The translations under genes and the position numbers were made by a program. A stretch of 64,000 nt of DNA from assembly GCF_057098645.1 (NCBI RefSeq), contig NZ_CM169472.1; one strand, 5' to 3'. This document shows, one piece after another, positions 50,647 through 63,242 of the stretch. Below the pieces are notes generated by a model. That model had not been told where the DNA came from. It worked only from the letters and a program-made list of their open reading frames with translations, and searched no databases. Numbering within the stretch: position 1 is the stretch's first letter; every line of letters begins with the position of its first letter.

Positions 50647-51540
50647 ATGGAACAGCTGCGTGCCGAATTAAGCCATTTACTGGGCGAAAAACTCAGTCGT
50701 ATTGAGTGCGTCAATGAAAAAGCGGATACGGCGTTGTGGGCTTTGTATGACAGCCAGGGAAACCCAATGCCGTTAATGGCAAGAAGCTTTAGTACGCCCG
50801 GAAAAGCCCGACAACTGGCATGGAAAACCACCATGCTGGCAAGAAGTGGGACTGTCCGTATGCCGACTATTTATGGTGTGATGACGCATGAAGAACACCC
50901 CGGCCCCGATGTCCTGCTACTGGAGCGGATGCGTGGTGTTTCGGTGGAGGCACCAGCCCGAACACCAGAACGCTGGGAACAACTCAAAGACCAAATCGTT
51001 GAAGCCTTACTGGCCTGGCACCGTCAGGACAGTCGCGGTTGCGTCGGCGCGGTCGACAATACTCAGGAAAATTTCTGGCCCTCATGGTACCGGCAACATG
51101 TTGAAGTGCTATGGACCACGCTCAATCAGTTCAATAACACCGGTCTGACGATGCAGGATAAGCGGATCCTGTTTCGCACTCGCGAATGTCTCCCGGCATT
51201 ATTTGAAGGCTTTAACGACAATAGTGTGTTGATTCACGGTAACTTCTGTTTACGCAGCATGCTGAAAGATTCGCGCAGCGATCAGTTACTGGCGATGGTC
51301 GGGCCGGGACTAATGCTTTGGGCACCGCGAGAATACGAACTGTTCCGACTAATGGATAATTCTCTGGCGGAAGATTTGCTCTGGAGTTACCTGCAACGCG
51401 CGCCAGTGGCGGAGTCGTTCATCTGGCGGCGTTGGTTGTATGTGTTATGGGATGAAGTTGCGCAACTGGTTAATACCGGACGATTTAGTCGGCGCAACTT
51501 CGATCTGGCATCAAAATCACTCTTGCCGTGGCTCGCCTGA
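50647..51540 (+). CDS. ycbJ: Kinase-like (APH/choline-kinase fold) protein YcbJ
   Basis: 297-aa ORF, in K-12 synteny. Confidence 0.9.
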   Translation: MEQLRAELSHLLGEKLSRIECVNEKADTALWALYDSQGNPMPLMARSFSTPGKARQLAWKTTMLARSGTVRMPTIYGVMTHEEHPGPDVLLLERMRGVSVEAPARTPERWEQLKDQIVEALLAWHRQDSRGCVGAVDNTQENFWPSWYRQHVEVLWTTLNQFNNTGLTMQDKRILFRTRECLPALFEGFNDNSVLIHGNFCLRSMLKDSRSDQLLAMVGPGLMLWAPREYELFRLMDNSLAEDLLWSYLQRAPVAESFIWRRWLYVLWDEVAQLVNTGRFSRRNFDLASKSLLPWLA

Positions 51541-52296
51541 CGAACCTTTTAGCCACTGCCAGATACGGCCAAGCGTTTCATAGCCAACACGATCGCTATG
51601 CATCAACCAGACCGGAGAAGGGATTGCCCGTTCCCACGGGTTAAGCGGCGAGTCGATGGCCAGCTGATTCGCCGGGGCTGGTAGCGGATTTAACCCTTCC
51701 TGCTGAAAAAAGATCATCGCCCGCGGCAGATGTGACGCGGAGGTCACCAGCAGGAAAGGGGCGTCACCAATCGCCTGTTTCACTGCCGCAGCTTCTTCTT
51801 CGGTATCTTTTGGCAAATCCAGGGTGATAATTTGCTCGCGCGGCACGCCCAGCGATTGCGCAACTCTGGCACCTACTTCCGCTGTACTCACCGTATTGGT
51901 TTTTGCTACACCTCCCGTGAAGATCAGTTTTGATCCCGGATTTTCGCGCCATAAGCGAATGCCTTCATTCAGGCGTGGCAGACTGTTATTGATTAAATTA
52001 GAGCTCGGTGCCCACTGCGGGTTCCAGGTATAACCACCTCCGAGCACCACGATATAGTCCACTTTTTGCGAATTATTCCATGTCGGATAGGTGCTTTCGA
52101 TGGGACGCAGCAGGCGGTCGGCTACCGGTTGCAAACTCAATAACAAGAGTGCCAGCCACCCAATGCTAATAAAAATCTTCCCGGTTTTTTGAAAACGGCT
52201 AAACCACAGCAGTGCCAGGCCAGCGCCAATAATTAACAACATCAGCGGAAGTGGCAGCAACATATTGCCAATCACTTTTTTCAGTGTAAAAAGCAT
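51517..52296 (-). CDS. elyC: Envelope biogenesis factor ElyC (YcbC, DUF218)
   Basis: 259-aa ORF with an N-terminal TM helix. Its 3' end overlaps the ycbJ 3' end. Confidence 0.9.
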   Translation of the reverse strand: MLFTLKKVIGNMLLPLPLMLLIIGAGLALLWFSRFQKTGKIFISIGWLALLLLSLQPVADRLLRPIESTYPTWNNSQKVDYIVVLGGGYTWNPQWAPSSNLINNSLPRLNEGIRLWRENPGSKLIFTGGVAKTNTVSTAEVGARVAQSLGVPREQIITLDLPKDTEEEAAAVKQAIGDAPFLLVTSASHLPRAMIFFQQEGLNPLPAPANQLAIDSPLNPWERAIPSPVWLMHSDRVGYETLGRIWQWLKGSSGEPRQE

Positions 52297-52431
52297 CCTT
52301 TCTGGTTCCTTTTTTAACCATATAGCAAGGGATCGCCAGCGATATTACACCAGACGGGTTCATTCTCGCCGTGGCTGTGACAAAATAGCGTCTTTATCAG
52401 AAAACGTCTTAGCCAACCGGTGGAGAAAGCA

Positions 52432-53217
52432 ATGCAGGATCGCAATTTTGATGATATTGCGGAAAAGTTTTCCCGTAACATTTACGGCACCACCAAAGGG
52501 CAGCTTCGACAGGCTATTCTGTGGCAGGATCTCGATCGCGTGCTGGCGGAAATGGGCCCGCAAAAACTGCGTGTGCTGGATGCGGGCGGTGGAGAAGGGC
52601 AGACTGCAATCAAAATGGCCGAGCGTGGGCATCAGGTTATTTTATGCGATCTTTCTGCGCAGATGATCGACCGCGCAAAACAGGCGGCAGAAGCAAAAGG
52701 TGTGAGCGACAACATGCAATTTATACATTGCGCCGCTCAGGATGTTGCTTCGCATTTGGAAACGCCCGTTGATCTGATATTGTTCCATGCGGTGCTCGAG
52801 TGGGTGGCTGATCCCCGCAGCGTATTGCAGACCTTGTGGTCAGTGTTGCGTCCAGGCGGCGTGTTGTCGTTAATGTTCTACAATGCGCATGGTTTGTTGA
52901 TGCATAACATGGTTGCCGGGAATTTTGATTACGTGCAGGCGGGAATGCCGAAAAAGAAAAAACGGACGCTTTCGCCAGATTATCCACGCGACCCGACGCA
53001 GGTTTATCTGTGGCTGGAAGAAGCTGGTTGGCAAATTATGGGTAAGACAGGCGTTCGCGTGTTTCATGATTATCTGCGCGAGAAGCACCAGCAGCGCGAC
53101 TGCTATGAAGCATTACTTGAATTAGAAACGCGTTATTGCCGTCAGGAACCGTATATTACCCTGGGGCGTTATATTCATGTCACCGCGCGCAAACCGCAGA
53201 GCAAGGATAAAGTATGA
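52432..53217 (+). CDS. cmoM: tRNA cmo5U methyltransferase CmoM (SmtA)
   Basis: The start at [19 protein letters not shown] gives 261 aa, with the SAM motif VLDAGGGEG. Confidence 0.93.
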
Positions 53218-54536
53218 GTGAATTTTCCCAGACAGTCCCCGAACTGGTTGCCTGGGCCAGAAAAAATGACTTCTCCATTTCGCTGCCGGTAGACCGACTC
53301 TCTTTTCTGCTGGCGGTTGCCACGCTGAACGGCGAGCGTCTGGATGGTGAGATGAGTGAAGGCGAGCTGGTGGATGCATTCCGCCATGTGAGTGATGCGT
53401 TTGAGCAAACCAGCGAAACCATCGGCGTGCGCGCCAACAACGCGATCAACGACATGGTGCGTCAACGTCTGCTGAACCGCTTTACCAGCGAGCAGGCAGA
53501 AGGGAACGCAATTTACCGTCTGACGCCGCTCGGCATCGGCATTACTGACTATTACATCCGTCAGCGCGAGTTTTCTACGCTGCGCCTTTCTATGCAGTTG
53601 TCGATTGTGGCGGGTGAGCTCAAACGCGCAGCAGATGCCGCCGAAGAGGGCGGTGATGAATTTCACTGGCACCGTAATGTCTATGCGCCACTGAAATATT
53701 CGGTAGCAGAAATTTTCGACAGTATCGACCTGACGCAACGTCTGATGGACGAACAGCAGCAGCAGGTGAAGGACGATATCGCCCAGTTGCTGAACAAAGA
53801 CTGGCGGGCGGCGATTTCCAGCTGTGAATTGTTGCTTTCGGAAACTTCCGGAACGCTGCGTGAATTGCAGGATACGCTGGAAGCGGCAGGCGACAAATTG
53901 CAGGCTAATCTGTTGCGCATTCAGGATGCGACGATGACCCATGACGATCTGCATTTCGTCGATCGTCTGGTGTTCGATCTGCAGAGCAAACTCGATCGTA
54001 TTATCAGTTGGGGCCAGCAATCCATCGACTTGTGGATTGGCTACGACCGCCACGTACACAAATTTATTCGTACCGCGATCGATATGGATAAAAACCGCGT
54101 CTTTGCTCAGCGGTTACGTCAGTCGGTACAAACCTATTTTGATGAGCCGTGGGCGCTAACTTATGCCAATGCCGATCGTCTGCTGGATATGCGTGACGAA
54201 GAGATGGCACTGCGCGATGAAGAAGTGACTGGGGAACTTCCTGAGGATCTGGAATACGAAGAGTTTAACGAGATCCGCGAACAGCTGGCGGCGATCATCG
54301 AAGAACAACTTGCTGTGTACAAAACCAGACAAGTGCCGCTGGATCTTGGTCTGGTGGTACGCGAATATCTGTCACAGTATCCGCGTGCACGTCACTTTGA
54401 CGTTGCGCGCATTGTTATTGATCAGGCGGTACGTCTTGGCGTAGCGCAAGCAGATTTCACCGGACTGCCAGCGAAATGGCAGCCGATTAATGATTACGGA
54501 GCCAAGGTACAGGCGCATGTCATCGACAAATATTGA
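53214..54536 (+). CDS. mukF: Condensin kleisin subunit MukF
   Basis: 440 aa starting [24 protein letters not shown]. Confidence 0.97.
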
Positions 54537-55221
54537 ACAAGTGATGCCGGTTAAGCTGGCGCAGGCGCTGGCGAATCCGTTATTTCCGGCGCTGGACAGC
54601 GCCTTACGTTCAGGCCGCCATATTGGCCTCGACGAACTGGATAATCATGCATTCCTGATGGATTTTCAGGAATATCTGGAAGAGTTTTACGCGCGTTATA
54701 ACGTTGAGCTTATTCGTGCACCGGAAGGGTTCTTCTATTTACGTCCACGTTCCACCACGCTGATCCCTCGTTCCGTCTTGTCGGAACTGGATATGATGGT
54801 CGGGAAAATCCTCTGTTATCTCTATCTCAGCCCGGAACGGCTGGCGAATGAGGGGATTTTCACCCAGCAGGAACTGTACGACGAACTGCTCACCCTGGCC
54901 GATGAAGCGAAACTGCTGAAACTGGTGAACAACCGTTCAACCGGTTCAGACGTTGACCGTCAGAAGTTGCAGGAAAAAGTACGTTCTTCGCTCAACCGTC
55001 TGCGTCGTTTAGGCATGGTGTGGTTTATGGGCCACGACAGCAGCAAGTTCCGCATTACCGAATCGGTGTTCCGCTTCGGAGCCGATGTGCGTGCTGGCGA
55101 CGATCCCCGTGAAGCACAGCGTCGCCTGATTCGTGATGGCGAAGCAATGCCGATTGAAAATCATCTGCAACTCAACGATGAAACCGAAGAGAATCAGCCA
55201 GATAGCGGAGAGGAAGAATAA
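54517..55221 (+). CDS. mukE: Condensin subunit MukE
   Basis: The start at [23 protein letters not shown] gives 234 aa and overlaps the mukF end. Confidence 0.93.
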
Positions 55222-58200
55222 TGATTGAACGCGGGAAATTTCGCTCACTGACGCTGATTAACTGGAACGGCTTTTTTGCCCGAACTTTTGACCTTGACGA
55301 GCTGGTCACGACGCTTTCTGGCGGTAACGGGGCGGGTAAATCCACCACCATGGCGGCGTTCGTTACGGCGCTGATCCCCGACCTGACCCTGCTGCATTTC
55401 CGTAACACTACGGAAGCCGGGGCCACCAGCGGTTCGCGCGATAAAGGTCTGCACGGTAAGCTGAAAGCGGGTGTCTGTTATTCGATGCTCGACACCATTA
55501 ACTCGCGCCACCAGCGCGTGGTGGTCGGTGTGCGTCTGCAACAGGTTGCCGGACGCGATCGTAAAGTGGATATCAAACCATTTGCCATTCAGGGACTGCC
55601 GATGTCGGTGCAGCCGACACAGCTGGTGACCGAAACTCTGAACGAACGCCAGGCGCGCGTGCTGCCGCTTAACGAGCTGAAAGACAAGCTCGAGGCGATG
55701 GAAGGCGTGCAGTTTAAACAGTTCAACTCCATTACCGATTACCACTCGCTGATGTTCGATCTGGGCATCATCGCGCGTCGTCTGCGCTCCGCATCTGACC
55801 GTAGCAAATTCTATCGTCTGATCGAAGCTTCGCTGTATGGCGGGATCTCCAGTGCCATTACCCGTTCTCTGCGCGACTACCTGTTGCCGGAAAACAGCGG
55901 CGTGCGTAAAGCGTTCCAGGACATGGAAGCGGCGCTGCGTGAAAACCGCATGACGCTGGAAGCGATTCGTGTCACCCAGTCGGACCGTGACCTGTTTAAG
56001 CATCTGATCAGCGAAGCTACCAACTACGTGGCGGCGGACTACATGCGTCACGCCAACGAGCGCCGTGTCCATCTCGACAAAGCCCTGGAGTTTCGTCGCG
56101 AGCTACATACTTCGCGTCAGCAACTGGCGGCTGAGCAGTACAAACACGTCGATATGGCGCGTGAGCTGGCAGAGCACAACGGTGCCGAAGGCGATCTGGA
56201 AGCGGATTATCAGGCGGCCAGCGATCACCTGAACCTGGTGCAAACCGCACTGCGTCAGCAGGAGAAGATCGAACGCTACGAAGCGGATCTCGATGAGCTG
56301 CAGATCCGTCTGGAAGAGCAAAACGAAGTGGTGGCAGAAGCCATCGAACGCCAGGAAGAGAACGAGGCTCGTGCGGAAGCTGCCGAACTGGAAGTGGACG
56401 AGCTGAAAAGCCAGCTTGCTGACTACCAGCAGGCGCTGGACGTCCAGCAAACGCGCGCGATCCAGTATAACCAGGCGATTGCTGCGCTTAATCGTGCCAA
56501 AGAACTGTGCCATCTGCCGGACTTAACCGCCGACAGCGCCGCCGAATGGCTGGAAACCTTCCAGGCGAAAGAGCTGGAAGCGACTGAAAAAATGCTCTCT
56601 CTTGAGCAGAAAATGAGCATGGCGCAAACCGCGCACAGCCAGTTTGAGCAGGCTTATCAGCTGGTGGTGGCAATCAACGGCCCGCTGGCGCGTAACGAGG
56701 CGTGGGATGTCGCCCGCGAACTGCTGCGCGAAGGGGTCGAGCAGCGTCACCTGGCAGAGCAGGTTCAACCGTTGCGGATGCGCTTAAGTGAACTGGAACA
56801 GCGTCTGCGCGAGCAGCAAGAAGCCGAACGCCTGCTGGCAGATTTCTGCAAACGTCAGGGCAAGAATTTTGATATCGACGAACTGGAAGCCCTGCATCAG
56901 GAGCTGGAAGCGCGTATTGCCTCTCTTTCCGATAGCGTGTCTAACGCCCGCGAAGAGCGTATGGCACTGCGCCAGGAGCAGGAACAGCTGCAGTCTCGCA
57001 TTCAGAGTTTGATGCAGCGTGCACCGGTTTGGCTGGCAGCGCAAAACAGTCTCAACCAGTTGAGTGAACAGTGCGGCGAAGAGTTCTCCTCCAGCCAGGA
57101 CGTCACTGAATATCTGCAACAGTTGCTGGAGCGTGAGCGCGAGGCGATTGTTGAACGCGATGAAGTGGGCGCGCGCAAAAACGCTGTCGATGAAGAGATC
57201 GAACGTTTAAGCCAGCCTGGCGGCTCTGAAGACCAGCGTCTGAATGCGCTGGCGGAGCGTTTTGGCGGCGTGCTGCTGTCAGAAATTTATGACGACGTTA
57301 GCCTGGAAGATGCGCCGTACTTCTCAGCGCTGTATGGCCCGTCACGCCACGCCATCGTGGTGCCAGATCTGTCACAGGTAACCGAACACCTGGAAGGCTT
57401 GACCGATTGCCCGGAAGATCTCTATTTGATCGAAGGGGATCCGCAGTCATTCGATGACAGCGTGTTCAGCGTTGATGAGCTGGAAAAAGCGGTAGTGGTG
57501 AAAATCGCCGATCGTCAGTGGCGTTATTCACGTTTCCCGGAAGTGCCGCTGTTTGGTCGTGCTGCGCGTGAAAGCCGTATTGAAAGCCTCCATGCCGAGC
57601 GTGAAGTGCTTTCCGAACGCTTCGCCACGCTCTCCTTTGATGTACAGAAAACCCAGCGTCTGCATCAGGCGTTCAGCCGCTTTATCGGCAGTCATCTGGC
57701 GGTGGCGTTTGAGTCTGACCCGGAAGCAGAAATCCGTCAACTGAACAGCCGTCGCGTCGAACTGGAGCGGGCGTTGAGTAATCATGAAAATGATAACCAG
57801 CAGCAGCGTATTCAGTTTGAGCAGGCGAAAGAAGGCGTTACGGCGCTGAACCGCATTCTGCCGCGTCTCAACCTGTTGGCTGATGACAGCCTGGCGGATC
57901 GCGTCGATGAAATCCGCGAACGTCTGGATGAAGCCCAGGAAGCCGCGCGTTTTGTTCAGCAGTTTGGCAATCAACTGGCGAAACTGGAACCGATTGTTTC
58001 AGTGTTGCAGAGTGACCCGGAACAGTTCGAACAGTTAAAAGAAGATTACGCGTATTCTCAGCAGATGCAGCGCGATGCCCGTCAGCAGGCGTTTGCCCTG
58101 ACGGAAGTGGTGCAGCGTCGTGCGCACTTTAGCTATTCTGACTCGGCAGAAATGCTTAGCGGTAACAACGATCTCAACGAAAAACTGCGTGAACGTCTGG

Positions 58201-59681
58201 AACAGGCGGAAGCGGAGCGTACCCGCGCTCGCGAAGCGTTGCGCGGTCACGCAGCGCAGTTGAGTCAGTACAACCAGGTGCTGGCTTCGCTGAAAAGTTC
58301 TTACGACACCAAAAAAGAGCTACTCAACGATCTGCAACGTGAATTGCAGGATATCGGCGTGCGTGCTGATAGCGGGGCAGAAGAGCGGGCACGTATTCGC
58401 CGTGACGAGCTGCATGCACAACTGAGCAATAACCGTTCGCGCCGCAATCAACTGGAAAAAGCGCTCACCTTCTGCGAAGCGGAGATGGACAACCTGACCC
58501 GCAAACTGCGCAAGCTGGAGCGTGATTACTTTGAGATGCGCGAGCAGGTAGTGACCGCGAAAGCGGGCTGGTGTGCAGTCATGCGCATGGTGAAAGATAA
58601 CGGCGTTGAACGCCGCTTACACCGTCGTGAGCTGGCTTATCTCTCCGCTGATGATTTGCGTTCCATGTCGGATAAGGCGTTAGGTGCGCTGCGTCTGGCG
58701 GTGGCGGATAACGAACATCTGCGCGACGTGCTGCGCATGTCGGAAGATCCGAAACGTCCGGAGCGTAAAATTCAGTTCTTCGTGGCGGTTTATCAGCATC
58801 TGCGTGAACGTATTCGTCAGGATATTATTCGTACCGATGATCCGGTGGAAGCTATCGAACAGATGGAGATCGAACTTAGCCGTCTGACCGAAGAATTAAC
58901 CTCCCGTGAACAGAAACTGGCGATCAGTTCCCGCAGCGTGGCGAACATCATTCGCAAAACCATTCAGCGCGAACAGAATCGTATCCGTATGCTCAACCAG
59001 GGGTTGCAGAACGTATCGTTTGGTCAGGTGAACAGCGTACGTCTGAACGTGAACGTGCGTGAAACGCACGCCATGCTGTTGGATGTGCTCTCTGAACAGC
59101 ACGAGCAGCATCAGGATCTGTTTAACAGCAACCGTCTGACCTTCTCGGAAGCGCTGGCGAAATTGTATCAGCGTCTTAATCCGCAGATTGATATGGGGCA
59201 GCGCACGCCGCAGACCATTGGCGAAGAACTGCTGGATTACCGCAACTATCTGGAAATGGAAGTTGAGGTTAACCGTGGTTCCGATGGCTGGTTGCGCGCA
59301 GAGTCTGGTGCATTGTCGACCGGTGAGGCGATTGGTACCGGTATGTCGATTCTGGTGATGGTGGTACAAAGCTGGGAAGATGAATCTCGCCGCCTGCGCG
59401 GTAAAGATATCTCTCCTTGCCGCCTGCTGTTCCTCGATGAAGCAGCGCGACTGGATGCTCGTTCTATCGCCACGCTGTTTGAATTGTGTGAACGTTTGCA
59501 AATGCAGCTCATCATCGCAGCGCCGGAAAATATCAGTCCGGAAAAAGGCACCACCTATAAACTGGTACGTAAAGTCTTCCAGAATACCGAACATGTTCAC
59601 GTCGTCGGCCTGCGAGGATTTGCGCCGCAACTCCCTGAAACGCTTCCAGGAAGTGACGAAGCGCCTTCCCAGGCGAGTTAA
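55221..59681 (+). CDS. mukB: SMC-like condensin ATPase MukB
   Basis: 1486 aa with an N-terminal Walker [10 protein letters not shown], long coiled coils and a C-terminal [11 protein letters not shown]. Confidence 0.98.
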   Translation: MIERGKFRSLTLINWNGFFARTFDLDELVTTLSGGNGAGKSTTMAAFVTALIPDLTLLHFRNTTEAGATSGSRDKGLHGKLKAGVCYSMLDTINSRHQRVVVGVRLQQVAGRDRKVDIKPFAIQGLPMSVQPTQLVTETLNERQARVLPLNELKDKLEAMEGVQFKQFNSITDYHSLMFDLGIIARRLRSASDRSKFYRLIEASLYGGISSAITRSLRDYLLPENSGVRKAFQDMEAALRENRMTLEAIRVTQSDRDLFKHLISEATNYVAADYMRHANERRVHLDKALEFRRELHTSRQQLAAEQYKHVDMARELAEHNGAEGDLEADYQAASDHLNLVQTALRQQEKIERYEADLDELQIRLEEQNEVVAEAIERQEENEARAEAAELEVDELKSQLADYQQALDVQQTRAIQYNQAIAALNRAKELCHLPDLTADSAAEWLETFQAKELEATEKMLSLEQKMSMAQTAHSQFEQAYQLVVAINGPLARNEAWDVARELLREGVEQRHLAEQVQPLRMRLSELEQRLREQQEAERLLADFCKRQGKNFDIDELEALHQELEARIASLSDSVSNAREERMALRQEQEQLQSRIQSLMQRAPVWLAAQNSLNQLSEQCGEEFSSSQDVTEYLQQLLEREREAIVERDEVGARKNAVDEEIERLSQPGGSEDQRLNALAERFGGVLLSEIYDDVSLEDAPYFSALYGPSRHAIVVPDLSQVTEHLEGLTDCPEDLYLIEGDPQSFDDSVFSVDELEKAVVVKIADRQWRYSRFPEVPLFGRAARESRIESLHAEREVLSERFATLSFDVQKTQRLHQAFSRFIGSHLAVAFESDPEAEIRQLNSRRVELERALSNHENDNQQQRIQFEQAKEGVTALNRILPRLNLLADDSLADRVDEIRERLDEAQEAARFVQQFGNQLAKLEPIVSVLQSDPEQFEQLKEDYAYSQQMQRDARQQAFALTEVVQRRAHFSYSDSAEMLSGNNDLNEKLRERLEQAEAERTRAREALRGHAAQLSQYNQVLASLKSSYDTKKELLNDLQRELQDIGVRADSGAEERARIRRDELHAQLSNNRSRRNQLEKALTFCEAEMDNLTRKLRKLERDYFEMREQVVTAKAGWCAVMRMVKDNGVERRLHRRELAYLSADDLRSMSDKALGALRLAVADNEHLRDVLRMSEDPKRPERKIQFFVAVYQHLRERIRQDIIRTDDPVEAIEQMEIELSRLTEELTSREQKLAISSRSVANIIRKTIQREQNRIRMLNQGLQNVSFGQVNSVRLNVNVRETHAMLLDVLSEQHEQHQDLFNSNRLTFSEALAKLYQRLNPQIDMGQRTPQTIGEELLDYRNYLEMEVEVNRGSDGWLRAESGALSTGEAIGTGMSILVMVVQSWEDESRRLRGKDISPCRLLFLDEAARLDARSIATLFELCERLQMQLIIAAPENISPEKGTTYKLVRKVFQNTEHVHVVGLRGFAPQLPETLPGSDEAPSQAS

Positions 59682-59685
59682 AATG

Positions 59686-59715
59686 AAGGCGGCAGCAATG
59701 CCGCCTTTTCTTTTT
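59686..59715 (+). terminator. mukB rho-independent terminator
   Basis: AAGGCGGC-AGCAAT-GCCGCCTT followed by TTCTTTTT. Confidence 0.75.
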
Positions 59716-59941
59716 CCGAAAACTCCGTTTCTGCACTAAAAAAGTGGCACATTACGGCGCGCTTTTCTTTAAACTTCTTTACATTAGGTTATGTAAAAAC
59801 GTATCGGCGTTTATATACTGAAGTTAAGCCTGATGAGTAACAGGCTTGCTCGTCATACTTTCGTGAGTATTGGCGTTGTACAGGCAAGTCGTAAAATAAC
59901 AGCCTGGCTATTCAGAGTATGATAAAAACAGGGGGCAAGGG

Positions 59942-61789
59942 ATGTTGCTTAATATGATGTGTGGTCGTCGGCTGTCGGCAATCAGTTTGTGCCTGGCCGT
60001 AACATTCGCTCCACTGTTCAATGCGCAGGCCGATGAGCCTGAAGTAATCCCTGGCGACAGCCCGGTGGCTGTCAGTGAACAGGGCGAGGCACTGCCGCAG
60101 GCGCAAGCCACGGCAATAATGGCGGGGATCCAGCCATTGCCTGAAGGTGCGGCTGAAAAAGCCCGCACGCAAATCGAATCTCAATTACCCGCAGGTTATA
60201 AGCCGGTTTATCTTAACCAGCTTCAACTGTTGTATGCCGCACGCGATATGCAACCCATGTGGGAAAACCGTGATGCTGTTAAAGCCTTCCAGCAACAGCT
60301 GGCAGAGGTGGCGATTGCTGGTTTCCAGCCGCAGTTTAATAAATGGGTAGAGTTACTGACCGATCCTGGTGTTAACGGGATGGCACGTGACGTGGTGCTC
60401 TCTGATGCGATGATGGGCTATCTCCATTTCATTGCAAATATTCCGGTCAAAGGCACTCGCTGGCTATATAGCAGTAAACCTTATGCGCTTTCAACGCCGC
60501 CGCTTTCGGTGATTAACCAATGGCAGCTAGCGCTGGATAAAGGTCAATTGCCTACGTTTGTTGCAGGACTGGCACCGCAGCATCCGCAATATGCGGCGAT
60601 GCATGAGTCGTTACTGGCCTTACTCAGTGACACCAAACCGTGGCCCCAACTGACCGGCAAAGCAACGTTGCGCCCAGGGCAGTGGAGTAACGACGTACCG
60701 GCGTTGCGCGAAATATTGCAACGCACAGGCATGTTGGACGGGGGGCCGAAAATTACGCTACCTGGCGATGACACGCCAACTGACGCGGTAGTCAGCCCAT
60801 CCGCTGTTACTGTTGAAACAGCAGAAACTAAGCCGATGGACAAGCAAACGACGTCTCGTAGTAAACCTGCGCCTGCCGTTCGTGCCGCCTACGATAATGA
60901 ACTGGTGGAAGCCGTTAAACGTTTTCAGGCATGGCAAGGATTGGGGGCAGATGGTGCTATTGGCCCGGCAACGCGGGACTGGTTAAACGTAACGCCCGCC
61001 CAGCGTGCTGGCGTGTTGGCACTCAACATCCAGCGATTGCGCTTGCTGCCAACAGAGCTTTCTACCGGGATCATGGTTAACATTCCGGCCTATTCGCTGG
61101 TCTACTATCAGAACGGCAATCAGGTGCTGGATTCGCGAGTCATTGTCGGTCGCCCCGATCGCAAAACGCCGATGATGAGCAGTGCCCTTAACAACGTAGT
61201 GGTAAACCCGCCGTGGAACGTACCTCCAACTCTGGCACGCAAAGATATTCTGCCAAAAGTGCGCAACGATCCGGGATATCTCGAAAGCCATGGCTATACG
61301 GTGATGCGCGGCTGGAACAGCAGAGAAGCGATTGACCCATGGCAGGTTGACTGGTCTACAATCACGGCCTCGAATTTACCGTTCCGCTTCCAGCAGGCTC
61401 CAGGCCCACGGAACTCGCTGGGGCGCTATAAATTCAATATGCCGAGTTCAGAGGCCATTTATTTGCATGACACGCCGAACCACAATCTGTTCAAGCGTGA
61501 TACACGCGCATTGAGCTCAGGCTGTGTACGAGTGAATAAAGCTTCCGATCTGGCGAATATGCTGTTGCAGGATGCAGGCTGGAATGACAAACGTATTTCT
61601 GATGCGCTGAAGCAGGGTGATACACGTTACGTCAATATTCGGCAGTCGATTCCGGTGAATCTCTACTACCTGACGGCCTTTGTTGGTGCAGATGGTCGTA
61701 CCCAGTATCGTACAGATATTTACAATTATGATCTGCCTGCGCGATCCAGCTCGCAAATCGTATCGAAAGCGGAACAATTAATCAGGTAA
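59942..61789 (+). CDS. ldtD: L,D-transpeptidase LdtD (YcbB)
   Basis: 615 aa with a signal peptide and the YkuD-domain active site HDTPNHNLF...SSGCVRV. Confidence 0.95.
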   Translation: MLLNMMCGRRLSAISLCLAVTFAPLFNAQADEPEVIPGDSPVAVSEQGEALPQAQATAIMAGIQPLPEGAAEKARTQIESQLPAGYKPVYLNQLQLLYAARDMQPMWENRDAVKAFQQQLAEVAIAGFQPQFNKWVELLTDPGVNGMARDVVLSDAMMGYLHFIANIPVKGTRWLYSSKPYALSTPPLSVINQWQLALDKGQLPTFVAGLAPQHPQYAAMHESLLALLSDTKPWPQLTGKATLRPGQWSNDVPALREILQRTGMLDGGPKITLPGDDTPTDAVVSPSAVTVETAETKPMDKQTTSRSKPAPAVRAAYDNELVEAVKRFQAWQGLGADGAIGPATRDWLNVTPAQRAGVLALNIQRLRLLPTELSTGIMVNIPAYSLVYYQNGNQVLDSRVIVGRPDRKTPMMSSALNNVVVNPPWNVPPTLARKDILPKVRNDPGYLESHGYTVMRGWNSREAIDPWQVDWSTITASNLPFRFQQAPGPRNSLGRYKFNMPSSEAIYLHDTPNHNLFKRDTRALSSGCVRVNKASDLANMLLQDAGWNDKRISDALKQGDTRYVNIRQSIPVNLYYLTAFVGADGRTQYRTDIYNYDLPARSSSQIVSKAEQLIR

Positions 61790-61969
61790 ATGAAGTAGTT
61801 CGGGGAAATCAGTTGTCGTAATAATTAGCATGATTGGGGGTGATTCTCTGCAGCCCCCGTCAATGCTGGGGTTGAGTCATCTTGACGTCTGCTTTTCGGG
61901 CGGTTAAGGTGCCTCTTGTGCGCCAGAAGTGCATATAAACGATAACATTGACCTGTAGACTTGATTATC

Positions 61970-62518
61970 ATGGACAAATTCGACGCTAATCGCCGCAAAT
62001 TGCTGGCGCTTGGTGGCGTTGCACTCGGTGCCGCCATCCTGCCGACCCCTGCGTTTGCAACACTCTCTACCCCACGCCCGCGCATTTTGACACTCAATAA
62101 TCTTCATACCGGAGAGTCAATCAAAGCGGAGTTTTTCGATGGCAGAGGCTATATTCAGGAAGAATTGGCAAAACTTAACCATTTTTTCCGCGATTACCGC
62201 GCGAACAAAATAAAGTCCATCGACCCAGGATTATTCGACCAGTTGTATCGCCTGCAAGGGTTGTTAGGCACGCGCAAACCGGTGCAACTCATTTCCGGTT
62301 ATCGTTCCATTGATACCAACAATGAACTACGCGCCCGCAGCCGTGGAGTAGCGAAGAAAAGCTATCACACTAAAGGCCAGGCGATGGATTTCCATATTGA
62401 AGGTATCGCGTTAAGCAATATTCGCAAAGCCGCGTTATCTATGCGCGCAGGTGGTGTAGGATATTACCCACGTAGTAACTTTGTGCATATTGATACCGGG
62501 CCAGCACGGCACTGGTAG
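61970..62518 (+). CDS. mepK: Peptidoglycan L,D-endopeptidase MepK (YcbK), Tat-exported
   Basis: The start at MDKFDANRRKLLALGGVALGAAILPTPAFA carries a twin-arginine signal and gives 182 aa. Confidence 0.92.
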   Translation: MDKFDANRRKLLALGGVALGAAILPTPAFATLSTPRPRILTLNNLHTGESIKAEFFDGRGYIQEELAKLNHFFRDYRANKIKSIDPGLFDQLYRLQGLLGTRKPVQLISGYRSIDTNNELRARSRGVAKKSYHTKGQAMDFHIEGIALSNIRKAALSMRAGGVGYYPRSNFVHIDTGPARHW

Positions 62519-62544
62519 TAATTGCTTAACGAAACAGGGGCAGT

Positions 62545-63192
62545 ATGAACTATCGTATTATTCCGGTCACCGCATTCTCCCAGAACTGTTCATTGATCTG
62601 GTGTGAACAAACCCGCCTGGCCGCACTGGTCGATCCTGGCGGCGATGCGGAAAAAATCAAACAGGAAGTTAATGACAGCGGCCTGACACTGATGCAGATC
62701 CTGCTGACGCATGGTCATCTGGACCACGTTGGCGCAGCGGCGGAACTGGCGCAACATTACGGCGTGCCGGTTTTTGGCCCGGAAAAAGAAGATGAGTTCT
62801 GGCTGCAAGGCTTGCCTGCGCAAAGTCGTATGTTTGGTCTGGAAGAGTGTCAGCCGCTGACGCCAGATCGTTGGCTGAAAGAAGGCGATACCATCAGCAT
62901 AGGGAATGTGACTTTACAGGTGTTACATTGCCCTGGGCATACGCCGGGTCATGTCGTGTTTTTTGATGATCGGGCAAAGCTGCTGATTTCTGGCGATGTT
63001 ATTTTCAAAGGCGGAGTAGGGCGCAGTGACTTCCCGCGTGGCGATCATAATCAACTGATTTCTTCAATCAAAGATAAATTGCTGCCACTGGGGGATGACG
63101 TGACATTTATTCCGGGTCACGGACCATTATCCACACTTGGTTATGAACGCCTGCATAATCCCTTCCTGCAAGACGAAATGCCCGTCTGGTAA
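62545..63192 (+). CDS. gloC: Glyoxalase II family hydrolase GloC (YcbL)
   Basis: 215 aa with the metallo-beta-lactamase motif THGHLDH. Confidence 0.93.
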   Translation: MNYRIIPVTAFSQNCSLIWCEQTRLAALVDPGGDAEKIKQEVNDSGLTLMQILLTHGHLDHVGAAAELAQHYGVPVFGPEKEDEFWLQGLPAQSRMFGLEECQPLTPDRWLKEGDTISIGNVTLQVLHCPGHTPGHVVFFDDRAKLLISGDVIFKGGVGRSDFPRGDHNQLISSIKDKLLPLGDDVTFIPGHGPLSTLGYERLHNPFLQDEMPVW

Positions 63193-63204
63193 GGCACACA
63201 TAAA

Positions 63205-63238
63205 AAAGCCCGCTTTTCAGCGGGCTTCATTGTTTTTA
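63205..63238. terminator. Bidirectional terminator between convergent gloC and aspC
   Basis: AAAAAAGCCCGC-TTTTCA-GCGGGCTT hairpin with an A-run upstream and a T-run downstream. Confidence 0.75.
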
Positions 63239-63242
63239 ACGC

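Noticed and set aside
53175-54059. 294-aa ORF antisense to cmoM/mukF, and 275-aa and 244-aa ORFs antisense to mukB (55245-56072, 58896-59630)
   Set aside because: All lie inside well-identified K-12 genes on the other strand. Their translations are repetitive and Arg/Gln/Phe-rich, which is typical of antisense coiled-coil coding sequence.
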